From: Thermostichus sp. DRC_bins_24
GTDB lineage: Bacteria; Cyanobacteriota; Cyanobacteriia; Thermostichales; Thermostichaceae
Length of the DNA: 64,000 nt
Assembly: GCA_039794845.1 (NCBI GenBank)
Contig: JAUQVK010000044.1
Span: 10,458-74,457 of the forward strand
Direction: 5' to 3'
In this document: positions 8,769-18,133 of the stretch, piece after piece
Layout of the letters: every line of letters begins with the position of its first letter
How positions within the stretch are numbered: position 1 is the stretch's first letter
Translations under genes and position numbers: made by a program
Notes under the pieces: generated by a model
What the model saw: the letters and a program-made list of their open reading frames with translations, nothing else
The model's database searches: none
Told to the model about the DNA's origin: nothing

Positions 8769-11135
8769 ATGGATCCGGTCACCCCCTTTTCTCCTGTGCG
8801 TCGTTTTCGTCCCCTGGCCACCTTGGCCCTCACCGTTGGGATCCTGACGGGGCTGGGAGTCGGGGGCTATGTTCTGTTACAGCAGTTGCGGCTGCAGCTG
8901 CATCGGGATTTGATCAACTACCGGTACACTGCTTTTTCTGCTTTTGGCTATGGGGACTCGGAAGGGTTCGAGCCCGGCCAGACCGATCGCTGGTTTCCCC
9001 TCACTTACCCGGTGTTGGCCCGCTGGGGGGAATCCGCCGATCCGGTGCGCAGCAGCTACGCCTTTCAAACCCTGCAAGGCCATGGTCTGCCCTACAGCCG
9101 TTGGTGGTTGGAGGATCGCCTGCGACAAAACCCGGCTCAGTTTTTCACCCCAGCGGCACTCTTCGGGGGCTACGACTACTCAAGCGGACAGGTGGTTGCG
9201 CCCCGATACGAGCTGTTTGGGTTGGATCGACCCGAGTCGGTGACGCGCTTAACAGAGCTGGCTTTGGCCGGGATCCAAGCCGACAGCCCAGACTGGAGCT
9301 TTAACCTCAACTGGCTCAACAGCCTCCTAACTCAGGAGGCATTTCCCTTTCGAGATCGGGTCTATGGGGTGCTGCTCCCCGCCTTGCAAAGTAGCCCCCC
9401 GGCCCGGGCAGAGAAACTCTTGAGCGCCTTACCCTACGGAGAGGAAGGGATCCCCACTTGGGCCTTATCCGAGGTGCGGGCGGTACGGGAGCGGGTGCTG
9501 GACGGCGGGGCTTCCTCCCCCTACATCGATTTTTATGCGCGTGCCGACCAGGTGCTGGCCCTAGAACAGCCGACGGTGCAAAGGGTACGCCCCCTTTATG
9601 AAGATCTGCCCCCCTCATCCCGAGAATTTTTTCTGTTGCAGATAGCGGATCCCGAAACCCTCAACCCTGCCGCTCAGGTGCTGTTGCGCAGTGTGGTGGC
9701 GGATGAGGCCGATCCACAGCGGGTTTTGGCTGCCGCTCTCCTTTACTTGAAAGGGGATCCAACCGGGGAACCTCTGCTGCAGGTGGCCCTGAATGAAGAG
9801 TTTGGCTTTCTTTACGGCATCGGTGACTATCTGGTGTTGTTACAGTTGGCGGAGGCTTTTCCCAATTCCCGCTTTACCCGCGCCTGCCAGGAGTATGCCC
9901 AAATTCGGGGGGGTAGCTATTTTGGCCATTTCCCCTACGATTTTGAGACCGGAGAGCGGATCTCGCGTCCCTTTCCCCCAGCCGAGGAAGAGGCCCGGTG
10001 GCGCACTTGGCTGGCGACCTATCCTGATCACCCCGGTGCCGACGATGCCTTTTTCTGGCTGACCCGCACGCTGGAGTGGCAGGGCAAACGGAAGGAGGCT
10101 CTAACCCATTTGGCGGATTGGGTTGTTGGTCCTTTTGGCGATGGGGATATGCGCTATTCTTTGCGTTCTCGTCTGCTTTTGCTTTTGGATACGGGCACCT
10201 CTCGCAGCGACCTAGAAACTTTCTTGTCTGACCATAGCGATCACCCATTGGCGACGGCAGTCCGCTATGCGCTGGCGGTTCGCCATGCCCGCGAGCACCG
10301 TTACGACCAAGCGCTGCAACTCACGGAAAATCTGTCTTTGGATGCCCTGCTGGATCGCTACCCCCTGCTGGATGGCAGCTATTGGCTGAGCGACTGGGAT
10401 CCCGAAGCAGGCACCCGCCCCCGGTTGGATCCCGAGCTACAGGGGCAACGGGAACGCTGGCGCAAGCTCAGCCGTTGGCAAAATCAATCCACCCCGCAAC
10501 AACGCTACCAACTGGCCGCCCACTGGGCCTCGTTTCAGGGTTGGCGCAATGGCTATCTGTGGCTGTTTAACCAAACCCGTGCCGCCAGCCTCAACTGGGA
10601 TCCCCTCCAACCGCCACCACCCGAAGCGACCTCCTCCTTAACCGACCATCAACGGGCCAATCACCACGCCGTTGCTGCCCAGTTGTTCGGATCCCTGCTA
10701 CAGGATCCCGCCACCCCTGCCGACGTGCAGGAGAAAAGCCTCTACTGGCAGGTGGTGATTCTTTATCGTCAGTACACCAGCTATCCACCCGGGGAGACCG
10801 AGGCCATCCACCCCTTGCCCGGTTTTCCGGCCGCCATAGGGGAAGATGCCAGCCTATTCAATACTCCCCTTCCCGACTATGTGGATCCCGGCAGCCCTGG
10901 CTACCGCTACTTTCTGGAGGCCAAGGCCCTGCAAAATTGGTATGCACGGCAGGCGATCCAGGCCGGAAATGAGTTGTTGGCCCGCTTTCCCCGCAGCCGT
11001 TATGCCGGTGATGTGTTGATGTCTCTGTACGGTCTGACGGTGGACATCACCTTTCTAGAGCGTTTATTGGCGCAATTCCCTGACAGTGAACGGGCCCTGG
11101 AGGCGGAGTATGCGCTGGGCTTGAACGCGTACTGA
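8769..11135 (+). CDS. Large membrane-anchored helical-repeat (TPR/BamD-like) hypothetical protein
   Basis: Long ORF; N-terminal TM; motifs YPDHPGADDA, FPRSRYAGD, FPDSERA. Confidence 0.65.
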   Translation: MDPVTPFSPVRRFRPLATLALTVGILTGLGVGGYVLLQQLRLQLHRDLINYRYTAFSAFGYGDSEGFEPGQTDRWFPLTYPVLARWGESADPVRSSYAFQTLQGHGLPYSRWWLEDRLRQNPAQFFTPAALFGGYDYSSGQVVAPRYELFGLDRPESVTRLTELALAGIQADSPDWSFNLNWLNSLLTQEAFPFRDRVYGVLLPALQSSPPARAEKLLSALPYGEEGIPTWALSEVRAVRERVLDGGASSPYIDFYARADQVLALEQPTVQRVRPLYEDLPPSSREFFLLQIADPETLNPAAQVLLRSVVADEADPQRVLAAALLYLKGDPTGEPLLQVALNEEFGFLYGIGDYLVLLQLAEAFPNSRFTRACQEYAQIRGGSYFGHFPYDFETGERISRPFPPAEEEARWRTWLATYPDHPGADDAFFWLTRTLEWQGKRKEALTHLADWVVGPFGDGDMRYSLRSRLLLLLDTGTSRSDLETFLSDHSDHPLATAVRYALAVRHAREHRYDQALQLTENLSLDALLDRYPLLDGSYWLSDWDPEAGTRPRLDPELQGQRERWRKLSRWQNQSTPQQRYQLAAHWASFQGWRNGYLWLFNQTRAASLNWDPLQPPPPEATSSLTDHQRANHHAVAAQLFGSLLQDPATPADVQEKSLYWQVVILYRQYTSYPPGETEAIHPLPGFPAAIGEDASLFNTPLPDYVDPGSPGYRYFLEAKALQNWYARQAIQAGNELLARFPRSRYAGDVLMSLYGLTVDITFLERLLAQFPDSERALEAEYALGLNAY

Positions 11136-11414
11136 TTATTGTTGATGCTTATTGTTGATGCGTGTCATTGATGCGTGGTGGCGTGGGGGCACACTAATAT
11201 CAGCTCCGTATCAGCTCAATGTGTTGACTTTCATAACATTTACGACATCTACGAACCTATGTATGAGCTCAGTATCAGCAAAGCTGGTAGCTGTTCCTTT
11301 GACAAGGATATTCTTAAGTGAATTCACGGAACATCGACGGGGGTCTGTGTTCTTATCCCCTCGTCTCCGATGGCAAGCCGACCCAAGCCGTGTTGAGACA
11401 TGAGGGGCCGATCG

Positions 11415-11945
11415 ATGGATCCCGCCACCTTTTTGGAGCACTATGGGTTTGAGTTGGAGGGGCAATCTGGCCAGGTTTGGGTGGAGCACTGGAGCAAGCT
11501 GTTCCCGACCCGTTGGATCCCGGCGGCTCTCATCGAAGCGCTCTACCAAGGGCGGTACAAGGCCACCTCCGTTGAACAGATTCTGCGCCTCTGGCAACGA
11601 CGTGGGTGTCCTCACCTGACTTTTCCCCCCGAGATCAGCCAATCCCTTTGGTGGGAGCAACAAGAGCTGATCCGCTCCTTGGCTTTGGCCGCCCGTACCG
11701 CCACTCCTCGCCCCCATTCTTCCACAACACCCCAGGTGGCACCCGAGTGCGGATCCCTGATTCCCCCAGCCATATCCCTCAACTTTTTGTTGGGGCAGTT
11801 GCAGGATCTCCCCCCCAAGCTGCGCCACCTGATCAGCTCACCGGATCCCGCACCGCTTGGCCGGCAATCCGAGACAACCCTGGGGCTACACCCCACCGTT
11901 GCTGACCCTCCCGATCCGACGGAGCACCCTCAAGGCCAAACTTAA
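11415..11945 (+). CDS. Conserved cyanobacterial hypothetical protein
   Basis: WIPAALIEALYQGRYKATSVEQILRLWQRRG motif; GAGG upstream of ATG. Confidence 0.7.
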   Translation: MDPATFLEHYGFELEGQSGQVWVEHWSKLFPTRWIPAALIEALYQGRYKATSVEQILRLWQRRGCPHLTFPPEISQSLWWEQQELIRSLALAARTATPRPHSSTTPQVAPECGSLIPPAISLNFLLGQLQDLPPKLRHLISSPDPAPLGRQSETTLGLHPTVADPPDPTEHPQGQT

Positions 11946-11981
11946 TGGGTTGGTCATTTCCATTCCTCAGGGATCCTTGCC

Positions 11982-12476
11982 ATGTCTTTTTCCCCCGATT
12001 TTGCCTCTTTGCCCTGTGGGGTGATCACCGTCAGCGATACCCGCACCCCCGCAACCGATCACAGTGGCCAGCTCATCTGCACGGCCCTACGGGAGGCGGG
12101 TCACGCGGTGGCCGACTATCACATTCTCAAGGATGACCCTCAGGCCATTCGAGCGCTTGTTCAGGATTGGGCCGGATCCCTGCCGGTGATTTTGTTAAAT
12201 GGCGGCACTGGCATTGCCCCCCGCGACACCACCTATGACGCCATCGAAGCTCTCCTGGAGAAAACGCTGCCCGGTTTTGGAGAAATTTTCCGCCAGCTCA
12301 GCTATGCCCAGGTCGGCAGTCGGGCCATCGCCTCACGGGCCATTGCCGGGATCCATCGAAACAGCCTGATCTTCTCCATGCCCGGATCCACGGCAGCGGT
12401 GCAACTGGCCATGCACAGCCTGATTCTGCCGGAACTGACCCATCTGGTGAAGCAACTCCACCAGGGCAAGCATTGA
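11982..12476 (+). CDS. moaB: Molybdenum cofactor biosynthesis protein MoaB/Mog
   Basis: ITVSDTR...D.SG, NGGTGIAPRDTT, PGFGEIFR, SMPGS. Confidence 0.9.
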   Translation: MSFSPDFASLPCGVITVSDTRTPATDHSGQLICTALREAGHAVADYHILKDDPQAIRALVQDWAGSLPVILLNGGTGIAPRDTTYDAIEALLEKTLPGFGEIFRQLSYAQVGSRAIASRAIAGIHRNSLIFSMPGSTAAVQLAMHSLILPELTHLVKQLHQGKH

Positions 12477-12479
12477 GCT

Positions 12480-12513
12480 AAAAAACAAAACAAGGGCTCC
12501 CGGCCCACCCTTG
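12480..12513 (-). terminator. Probable intrinsic terminator of metK
   Basis: Minus strand CAAGGG...CCCTTG stem followed by TTTTGTTTTTT, between convergent moaB and metK. Confidence 0.55.
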
Positions 12514-12580
12514 GGAATCCTCCCACGAAAGGAAAAGGATGGGTCGGGAGGTGACCTACGGGGATCCCTGGATCCTCTCC

Positions 12581-13828
12581 TTAGGCCACGACCGCCAGCG
12601 CTTCCTCTCGAAGCAGAGCGGCTTTGTCGGTGCGCTCCCAGGGCAGATCGAGATGGGTTTGCCCAAAGTGCCCGTAGGCAGCCACGTTTTGGTAGAAACG
12701 CCCTCCCCGTTGGCGAGGCAATTCCCGCAGCTGGAAATGCGCCAGAATCGCCGCCGGCCTCAGGTCAAAATGGCGCTGCACCAGCCGCAGCAGTTCTTCA
12801 TCGGAAATGCGCCCCGTGCCAAAGGTTTCCACCAAAAGGTTGATCGGGCGGGCCACCCCAATCGCATAGCTCACCTGCACTTCACACTTTTGCGCTAGAC
12901 CCGCAGCCACGATGTTTTTGGCCACGTACCGGGCGGCGTAGGCAGCGCTGCGATCCACCTTAGTGGGATCCTTGCCAGAGAACGCCCCACCCCCGTGGCG
13001 AGAGTAGCCGCCGTAGGTATCGACGATAATTTTCCGTCCGGTTAAGCCCGCATCCCCCTGGGGACCGCCGATGACAAATTTGCCGGTGGGGTTGGTGAGA
13101 AAGCGGGTATTGCCATCCGGCTTGACGGCCAACTCCGCAAAGACTGGATTGACCACCGCTTCCCAAAGATCGGCCCGAATCCGCTCTTGCACGGCAGCAT
13201 CTTCGGTAATCGATTCGATGGTCGGGGTGTGCTGAGTAGAGATCAGCAGGGTGTGAATGCCCACCGGGCGGCCCCCTTCATAGGCGACGGTCACCTGGGT
13301 TTTGCCATCCGGGCGCAGATAGGGCAAGGTGCCATTTTTCCGAACCGTGGCCAATTGGCGACTGAGGCGGTGGGCCAAGCTAATGGGTAAGGGCATGAGT
13401 TCAGGCGTTTCATCGCAGGCAAAGCCAAACATCAAGCCCTGATCCCCAGCCCCAACCGAGTCAAAGTGGTCTTCCTGGGATCCGCGATTTTCCAGCGCCA
13501 CGTTCACCCCTTGGGCAATATCGGGAGATTGTTCATCCAAAGCCACCAACACGGCACAGCTTTCGGAGCAGAAGCCGTTTTTGGCGTCGGTGTAACCAAT
13601 TTCTGCTACCTTCTCCCGCACCAGGCGGGTGAAGTTGACCTGTGCTTGCGAGGTGATCTCGCCCGTCAGGATCACCAAGCCCGTGTTGACCACCACCTCC
13701 GCTGCCACTCGGCTGAAGGGATCCGCCGTCAAGAGAGCATCAAGGACGGTATCGGAGATCTGATCACAAATCTTGTCGGGGTGCCCTTCTGTCACCGACT
13801 CGGAGGAAAACAAAAACGACTTGGACAA
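12581..13828 (-). CDS. metK: S-adenosylmethionine synthetase
   Basis: [36 protein letters not shown] start at 13828 with AAGGAG RBS. Confidence 0.97.
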   Translation of the reverse strand: MSKSFLFSSESVTEGHPDKICDQISDTVLDALLTADPFSRVAAEVVVNTGLVILTGEITSQAQVNFTRLVREKVAEIGYTDAKNGFCSESCAVLVALDEQSPDIAQGVNVALENRGSQEDHFDSVGAGDQGLMFGFACDETPELMPLPISLAHRLSRQLATVRKNGTLPYLRPDGKTQVTVAYEGGRPVGIHTLLISTQHTPTIESITEDAAVQERIRADLWEAVVNPVFAELAVKPDGNTRFLTNPTGKFVIGGPQGDAGLTGRKIIVDTYGGYSRHGGGAFSGKDPTKVDRSAAYAARYVAKNIVAAGLAQKCEVQVSYAIGVARPINLLVETFGTGRISDEELLRLVQRHFDLRPAAILAHFQLRELPRQRGGRFYQNVAAYGHFGQTHLDLPWERTDKAALLREEALAVVA

Positions 13829-14030
13829 CGGACTTCTCCTTGATGAAAAACGATACAGACAGGTTCGTTCATCATCCGCAAAGGAAGCTGGAGGTTGCTG
13901 TTCATCCCTCAAACCCAACTGGGCCAGAGGAGGGGCTTATCAGTGCTGTGGAGCCGCTAAAGGGTGAAGTTACAGGAAAACCCCTCATTCAAGAGGGATT
14001 GCCTGGGGAAAACTTTTTTCCTTTATTTTC

Positions 14031-14140
14031 CTTTATCTTTCGGTTACTGACTAACCGCAGGAATTAGCACCGTAGCGGAGACTTCCGCCGGGTTGCCGCA
14101 GCTTCGTTGGGCCTGATCCCTCAGTCTGCTCTGGATAAAG
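14031..14140 (-). ncRNA. SAM-I (S-box) riboswitch aptamer
   Basis: Minus strand CTTTATCCAGAGCAGACTGAGGGATCAGGCCCAACGAAGCTGCGGCAACC...GGTGCTAATTCCTGC...GAAAGATAAAG; P1 CTTTATC/GATAAAG; conserved ATCCAGAG, GAGGGA, GCAACC and GTGCTAATTCC; upstream of metK. Confidence 0.92.
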
Positions 14141-14264
14141 AACGGAACTAACGATATGTTACCCCCAATACTTGGAAGTTTGTCAAAAAGTTGGGCCAAC
14201 CGGAAGGGGGATCCCACCCGGCCAGGAACCGTCGGGAATGCTTTTTTCGGAGAATGCCCAGGCC

Positions 14265-14633
14265 CTAGCCAAACAGCCCTTGCCACCAATCGGTCTCGCG
14301 AGCTGCATTGAGAAACGCTGCCCCCGTCAGTCCCAGCGGGAAAAGAATGCCGATAAACCCAACCGTCCCCAACAACCCAGCCAGGCGATGTCGATAATTT
14401 TTGCCCCCTGGATCCCGCACATCCTCTGCAGAAGCGGTGAGCATCGATCCTAGGGCAGCCAACAGGGATCCCCCCAAACCCGCCAAATAACTGGGTGCCA
14501 GCCAGGGTTCCAACTCAGCGGCAGAGATGATTTTGATGCGGGGCAACACTTGAAAGCAGCCCACCGCCAGCACTGCCCAGATGAAGCAGTAAATCAGCAG
14601 GCTATCTCGGAAGACGGCAGCCGGTTCTTTCAT
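14265..14633 (-). CDS. Hypothetical membrane protein
   Basis: Three hydrophobic segments; ATG 14633. Confidence 0.6.
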   Translation of the reverse strand: MKEPAAVFRDSLLIYCFIWAVLAVGCFQVLPRIKIISAAELEPWLAPSYLAGLGGSLLAALGSMLTASAEDVRDPGGKNYRHRLAGLLGTVGFIGILFPLGLTGAAFLNAARETDWWQGLFG

Positions 14634-14704
14634 GGGCGCAGCCGGATTAGGATGAGGACGGTCTGCTGTGCGCGATTTTGAGGTGTTTCGTATTGCTCTC
14701 AATT

Positions 14705-15406
14705 ATGTCTCATCTGTCTCAACTGCCTCTGTCTTTTCCTGGGATCCCTTCGGCTTCAACCACACCCGAACCGGAGGCGGTGACCGACCCGAATCAACGG
14801 CACCGGCAGAAGATGCGTCAACGGCAGCAGGTGCAACGGCAACGCCTGTCGGGAATGCGAGACGACAAAGGCTTGATCATCGTGCATACGGGGCAGGGTA
14901 AAGGAAAAAGTACCGCTGCCTTTGGCATGATTTTCCGAGCCCTCGGCCAAGGGTTGTCGGTGGGAGTGGTGCAGTTTATCAAGGGGGCCTGGGATCCGGG
15001 CGAGGCAAAGTTGTTACGAAAATTAGCCCATGATGAGGCAATGGGGCTGGGGAAAATCGCCTTTCATGCCATGGGGGAGGGCTTTACCTGGGAAACCCAG
15101 GATCGCGAGCGGGATATGGCCCATGCTCAAGCGGCTTGGGAAAAGGGACGCGAATTGTTCACCTCTGGGGACTATGCGCTGGTGTTGCTGGATGAGGTGA
15201 ATGTCGCCCTCAAGTTAGGATACCTGCCGGTGGAACAGGTTTTGGCTGGGCTAGCGGAAAAACCGGAGCGGATCCATGTGATCCTGACCGGGCGGGGGGC
15301 ACCAGCACCCCTGATTGATCGGGCAGATTTGGTGACTGAGATGACCCTGGTCAAACACCCCTTTCGAGATCAAGGGATTAAAGCGCAGATCGGTGTCGAG
15401 TTTTAG
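14705..15406 (+). CDS. cobO: Cob(I)yrinic acid a,c-diamide adenosyltransferase
   Basis: VHTGQGKGKSTAAFG, VQFIKG, GEGFTWETQ, LDE, TGR, C-terminal GVEF. Confidence 0.93.
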   Translation: MSHLSQLPLSFPGIPSASTTPEPEAVTDPNQRHRQKMRQRQQVQRQRLSGMRDDKGLIIVHTGQGKGKSTAAFGMIFRALGQGLSVGVVQFIKGAWDPGEAKLLRKLAHDEAMGLGKIAFHAMGEGFTWETQDRERDMAHAQAAWEKGRELFTSGDYALVLLDEVNVALKLGYLPVEQVLAGLAEKPERIHVILTGRGAPAPLIDRADLVTEMTLVKHPFRDQGIKAQIGVEF

Positions 15407-15495
15407 CCGGGGCTTTTGTAGCGAAGGGCGTGGCGACGTTGCTGCTGGGAACCGCTTACCCCCCGCAGAGGGCCTGTCTTGCGGAGAGGGTAGAG

Positions 15496-16104
15496 CTAGA
15501 ACCGTTCATCAGCTGGTTGGTCGCACCCGGCGAACCCCTCTGCAGCCAGCATCGCCTCGATGAGGGATCCCCCCTGTTGCCGACAACGTTGGATCAGCTC
15601 CCCCGATACCCCCACCAACCGTCCCAACCACTCATCCGGAAGCGGGGTAAGCAAGCTGGGGCCGTAGCGTTGGCAGAGGTGTTGCCAAAGCAGCGCCGCA
15701 CGCCGCATGCCGGGGTAAGATTCCGTCACCTTTTGCAGCGCCTCGGCACTGTGGGCCCGGCGACGATAACCCCACTGGCGCTCCAAAAAGGTGGCAGGAG
15801 CCTGCAAATAAACTTGGCCAATGGGCAAAACTGCCCGACAATTGCGGTCGATGGCCATGCCGACGGCTCCGCCAAATTCCACCAGCTCAACGGTGTGGGG
15901 TTTCTCCAGCAGCAAGCCGTGGGCTCCCAGGCCCTTCACCAGCCAAACCTGGCCGCTGCGCACATGCTCCAGCAGAGTGAGGGGATCCCAGCAGCCAGCC
16001 CAGGGCGGGGATCCCACCAGCTTTTCCGCAGGATCGGGTTCTACAGCACCGGGCATTTCATAGACGTTGATGGGTATGGGGGTGCTGCTTGATGTTGTCG
16101 GCAT
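15496..16104 (-). CDS. Hypothetical protein with possible Crp-like C-terminal HTH
   Basis: 202-aa ORF; LPDEWLGRLVGVSGELI resembles an HTH; overlaps the upstream gene, so the start is uncertain. Confidence 0.55.
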   Translation of the reverse strand: MPTTSSSTPIPINVYEMPGAVEPDPAEKLVGSPPWAGCWDPLTLLEHVRSGQVWLVKGLGAHGLLLEKPHTVELVEFGGAVGMAIDRNCRAVLPIGQVYLQAPATFLERQWGYRRRAHSAEALQKVTESYPGMRRAALLWQHLCQRYGPSLLTPLPDEWLGRLVGVSGELIQRCRQQGGSLIEAMLAAEGFAGCDQPADERF

Positions 16105-16552
16105 CGCTCACCTCCACCACCGCATTGATGATTCGTCGGGGCTCGACACTGTGATTGAGCTTAAACACCCCCTGTTCTGGGGTACAGGTTTGATGGAGAG
16201 GAATGTATCGAAACTCGGGCTTACTGCGATAAGTGCGCGTGGCGGCCTGAGCTCGTTCGATAAAGTCTTCCCCAGCAAACACCCCTGGCGGGAAAATATC
16301 GGTTGGCAAGGTCGGGATCCCGTCCTTCACAATTTCCCCATAGGTGGTGGCGTAGAGGAGGGAGTAAGAGGTGCTGCGGCGCTCTTGGGCCAGGCAGTCC
16401 AGATCGGCGGCGGGAATCGGTTCTGCCACCCGAACTTCCATCAGGCGACCCTCCTCATCCCGTTGGAAACAGGTGGCCACTCCCAGCACTACGTATTCCA
16501 GTCCCTGTACCGTGCTAGAGCCGAGGCTAATTTGAGCAGTATCCGACATCAA
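16058..16552 (-). CDS. Conserved cyanobacterial hypothetical protein
   Basis: YVVLGVATCF...EPIP...DNIKQHPHTH motifs. Confidence 0.7.
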   Translation of the reverse strand: MMSDTAQISLGSSTVQGLEYVVLGVATCFQRDEEGRLMEVRVAEPIPAADLDCLAQERRSTSYSLLYATTYGEIVKDGIPTLPTDIFPPGVFAGEDFIERAQAATRTYRSKPEFRYIPLHQTCTPEQGVFKLNHSVEPRRIINAVVEVSDADNIKQHPHTHQRL

Positions 16553-16827
16553 TTGCAGATCTCCAAGCCGGTGGGCGGGTCACCTGAGGCTCTGGCGAAG
16601 CCAGAACCCCTACCTTTGTCTTCACCATAGCAACAATTTTGGTGTCGGGCATCTCCACAGGGCTGCGGATGATCCGGGCAAGAATGCCGTGCATCGAGAA
16701 GAACATCTGCTTGACGGGGAGCGGTCGCAGCCGTGGGGAAACTGCGCAGATTCAGGAAGCCGAGAACCTGATATGGTAGGCGTTATCCTGCCTGTTTTGC
16801 CCCTTTGCTCAGCGCAGCCACTCACCT

Positions 16828-17370
16828 GTGATGCGAGAATTGCCCTCTGATGCTTCCAATCGTGCCAGTGTACCGCTTGGGGATCAAACCCTGGCGTTGA
16901 TGCGCGTGCAGGATGCTTTGGATCAACTGGAGGCGACTATCCTCGACAGTCCCCGCCTGTTCTGGTCCCGCACTCTCATCGAAGAAGAAAGCATCCTGGA
17001 ACAGCTAGACTTCATCCGCCTGAATATGCCGACAGCTCTAGAGGAAGCGGAAGAGTTGCTGCGGCAGCGGGATCGCATCTTGGTGGAGGCGGATCGCTAT
17101 GCCCAAGAGATTGTGGCCATGGCCCAACGCCGAGCCGAGCAACTCCTCAACGAGTCGACAATCCTGCGGCAAGCCCAAGCTCAGGCGGAGCAACTGTTGC
17201 GACAGACCTATCAACAAAGCGAGGAAGTGCGCCGGCAAACCCTTCAGGAGTCGGATCGCCTGCAACGGGAAGCCCATCACTACGTGGATCAGGTTTTGCA
17301 AGATTTGGAGTTGCGGCTGCTGGAGTCTTTGCGGGTGATACGCAACGGGCGGCAAAATCTTCAGGCTTGA
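16828..17370 (+). CDS. DivIVA-like coiled-coil cell division protein (Cdv3-like)
   Basis: LDQLEATILDSPR...EQLDFIRLNMP; long coiled coil; C-terminal IRNGRQNL. Confidence 0.75.
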   Translation: MMRELPSDASNRASVPLGDQTLALMRVQDALDQLEATILDSPRLFWSRTLIEEESILEQLDFIRLNMPTALEEAEELLRQRDRILVEADRYAQEIVAMAQRRAEQLLNESTILRQAQAQAEQLLRQTYQQSEEVRRQTLQESDRLQREAHHYVDQVLQDLELRLLESLRVIRNGRQNLQA

Positions 17371-17749
17371 GTGATTTGCCTAAGTTATTGGCTAGGGACT
17401 GTCCACTTGTCCATTTTTAAGTCAATATAGGGGTAACATCGGAGCTTGCCTGCCCTAAGGACTCGTGGTAATCAAACTGGCCTCCTTAGGGGAAGACGAA
17501 GATAAGCCCCGAATGTCCTGTCAGGAACTCAACCCGCTGCTGATCGCTGTTGCACCGAAGGAATCCTGACCCTTTGTGCCGGCTTGACGCAGTTCTCCCT
17601 TCGCTTCACCCAAGAGCGCGTGTCACTCTTTCCGGCGATTGTTCCAGAACTGTACTCATCGAGCCACCTCCGTCAGCGGGCTCACTCCTCAACCTGCGAG
17701 TTCCAGTTCCTATCCTTTTGGGGAGCCACCCTGTCGTCTAGGAGATTCT

Positions 17750-18133
17750 ATGCCCATTGAACCGAAAACCCGTAAGAGCCGTGAAAATGCCAGCCCACGC
17801 CTGCGCGACCGTCGTCGTGATTCTGCCAAAGGGAGCAAAGGGGCCGCTCCAACCATCAGCCTCTCCCTGCCGAAGTTGATCCAAGAAAATGCGGTGCTTC
17901 AGTCTCGTAGCCAATTGTTGTTGATGTACAGCGACTTCCAAACCGAAATGCCCAACGATGGCAAAACCGGCATCGGCACTTGGCTACAGTCCCGTCTCAA
18001 AGAGCATGGCATGCCCAGTCTGATGCGGTTCGGTCCTCGCTCTCGTCCCCAGGTTTTTCGCCGCGATGAATTTTCCGAGTGGATTAAGCTCGCTCTTGCC
18101 CCTGTCAGTTCCAAAAGTGATGCTGCCCGCTAA
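17750..18133 (+). CDS. Basic hypothetical protein with possible AlpA/excisionase-like C-terminus
   Basis: AGGAG RBS before ATG 17750; K/R-rich N-terminus; GMPSLMRFGPRSRPQVFRRDEFSEWI. Confidence 0.55.
   Translation: MPIEPKTRKSRENASPRLRDRRRDSAKGSKGAAPTISLSLPKLIQENAVLQSRSQLLLMYSDFQTEMPNDGKTGIGTWLQSRLKEHGMPSLMRFGPRSRPQVFRRDEFSEWIKLALAPVSSKSDAAR

Noticed and set aside
17520..17570. SRP RNA (GTCAGG...CCGAAGGAA)
   Set aside because: Lacks the contiguous TCAGGTCCGGAAGGAAGCAGC core and the long enclosing helix
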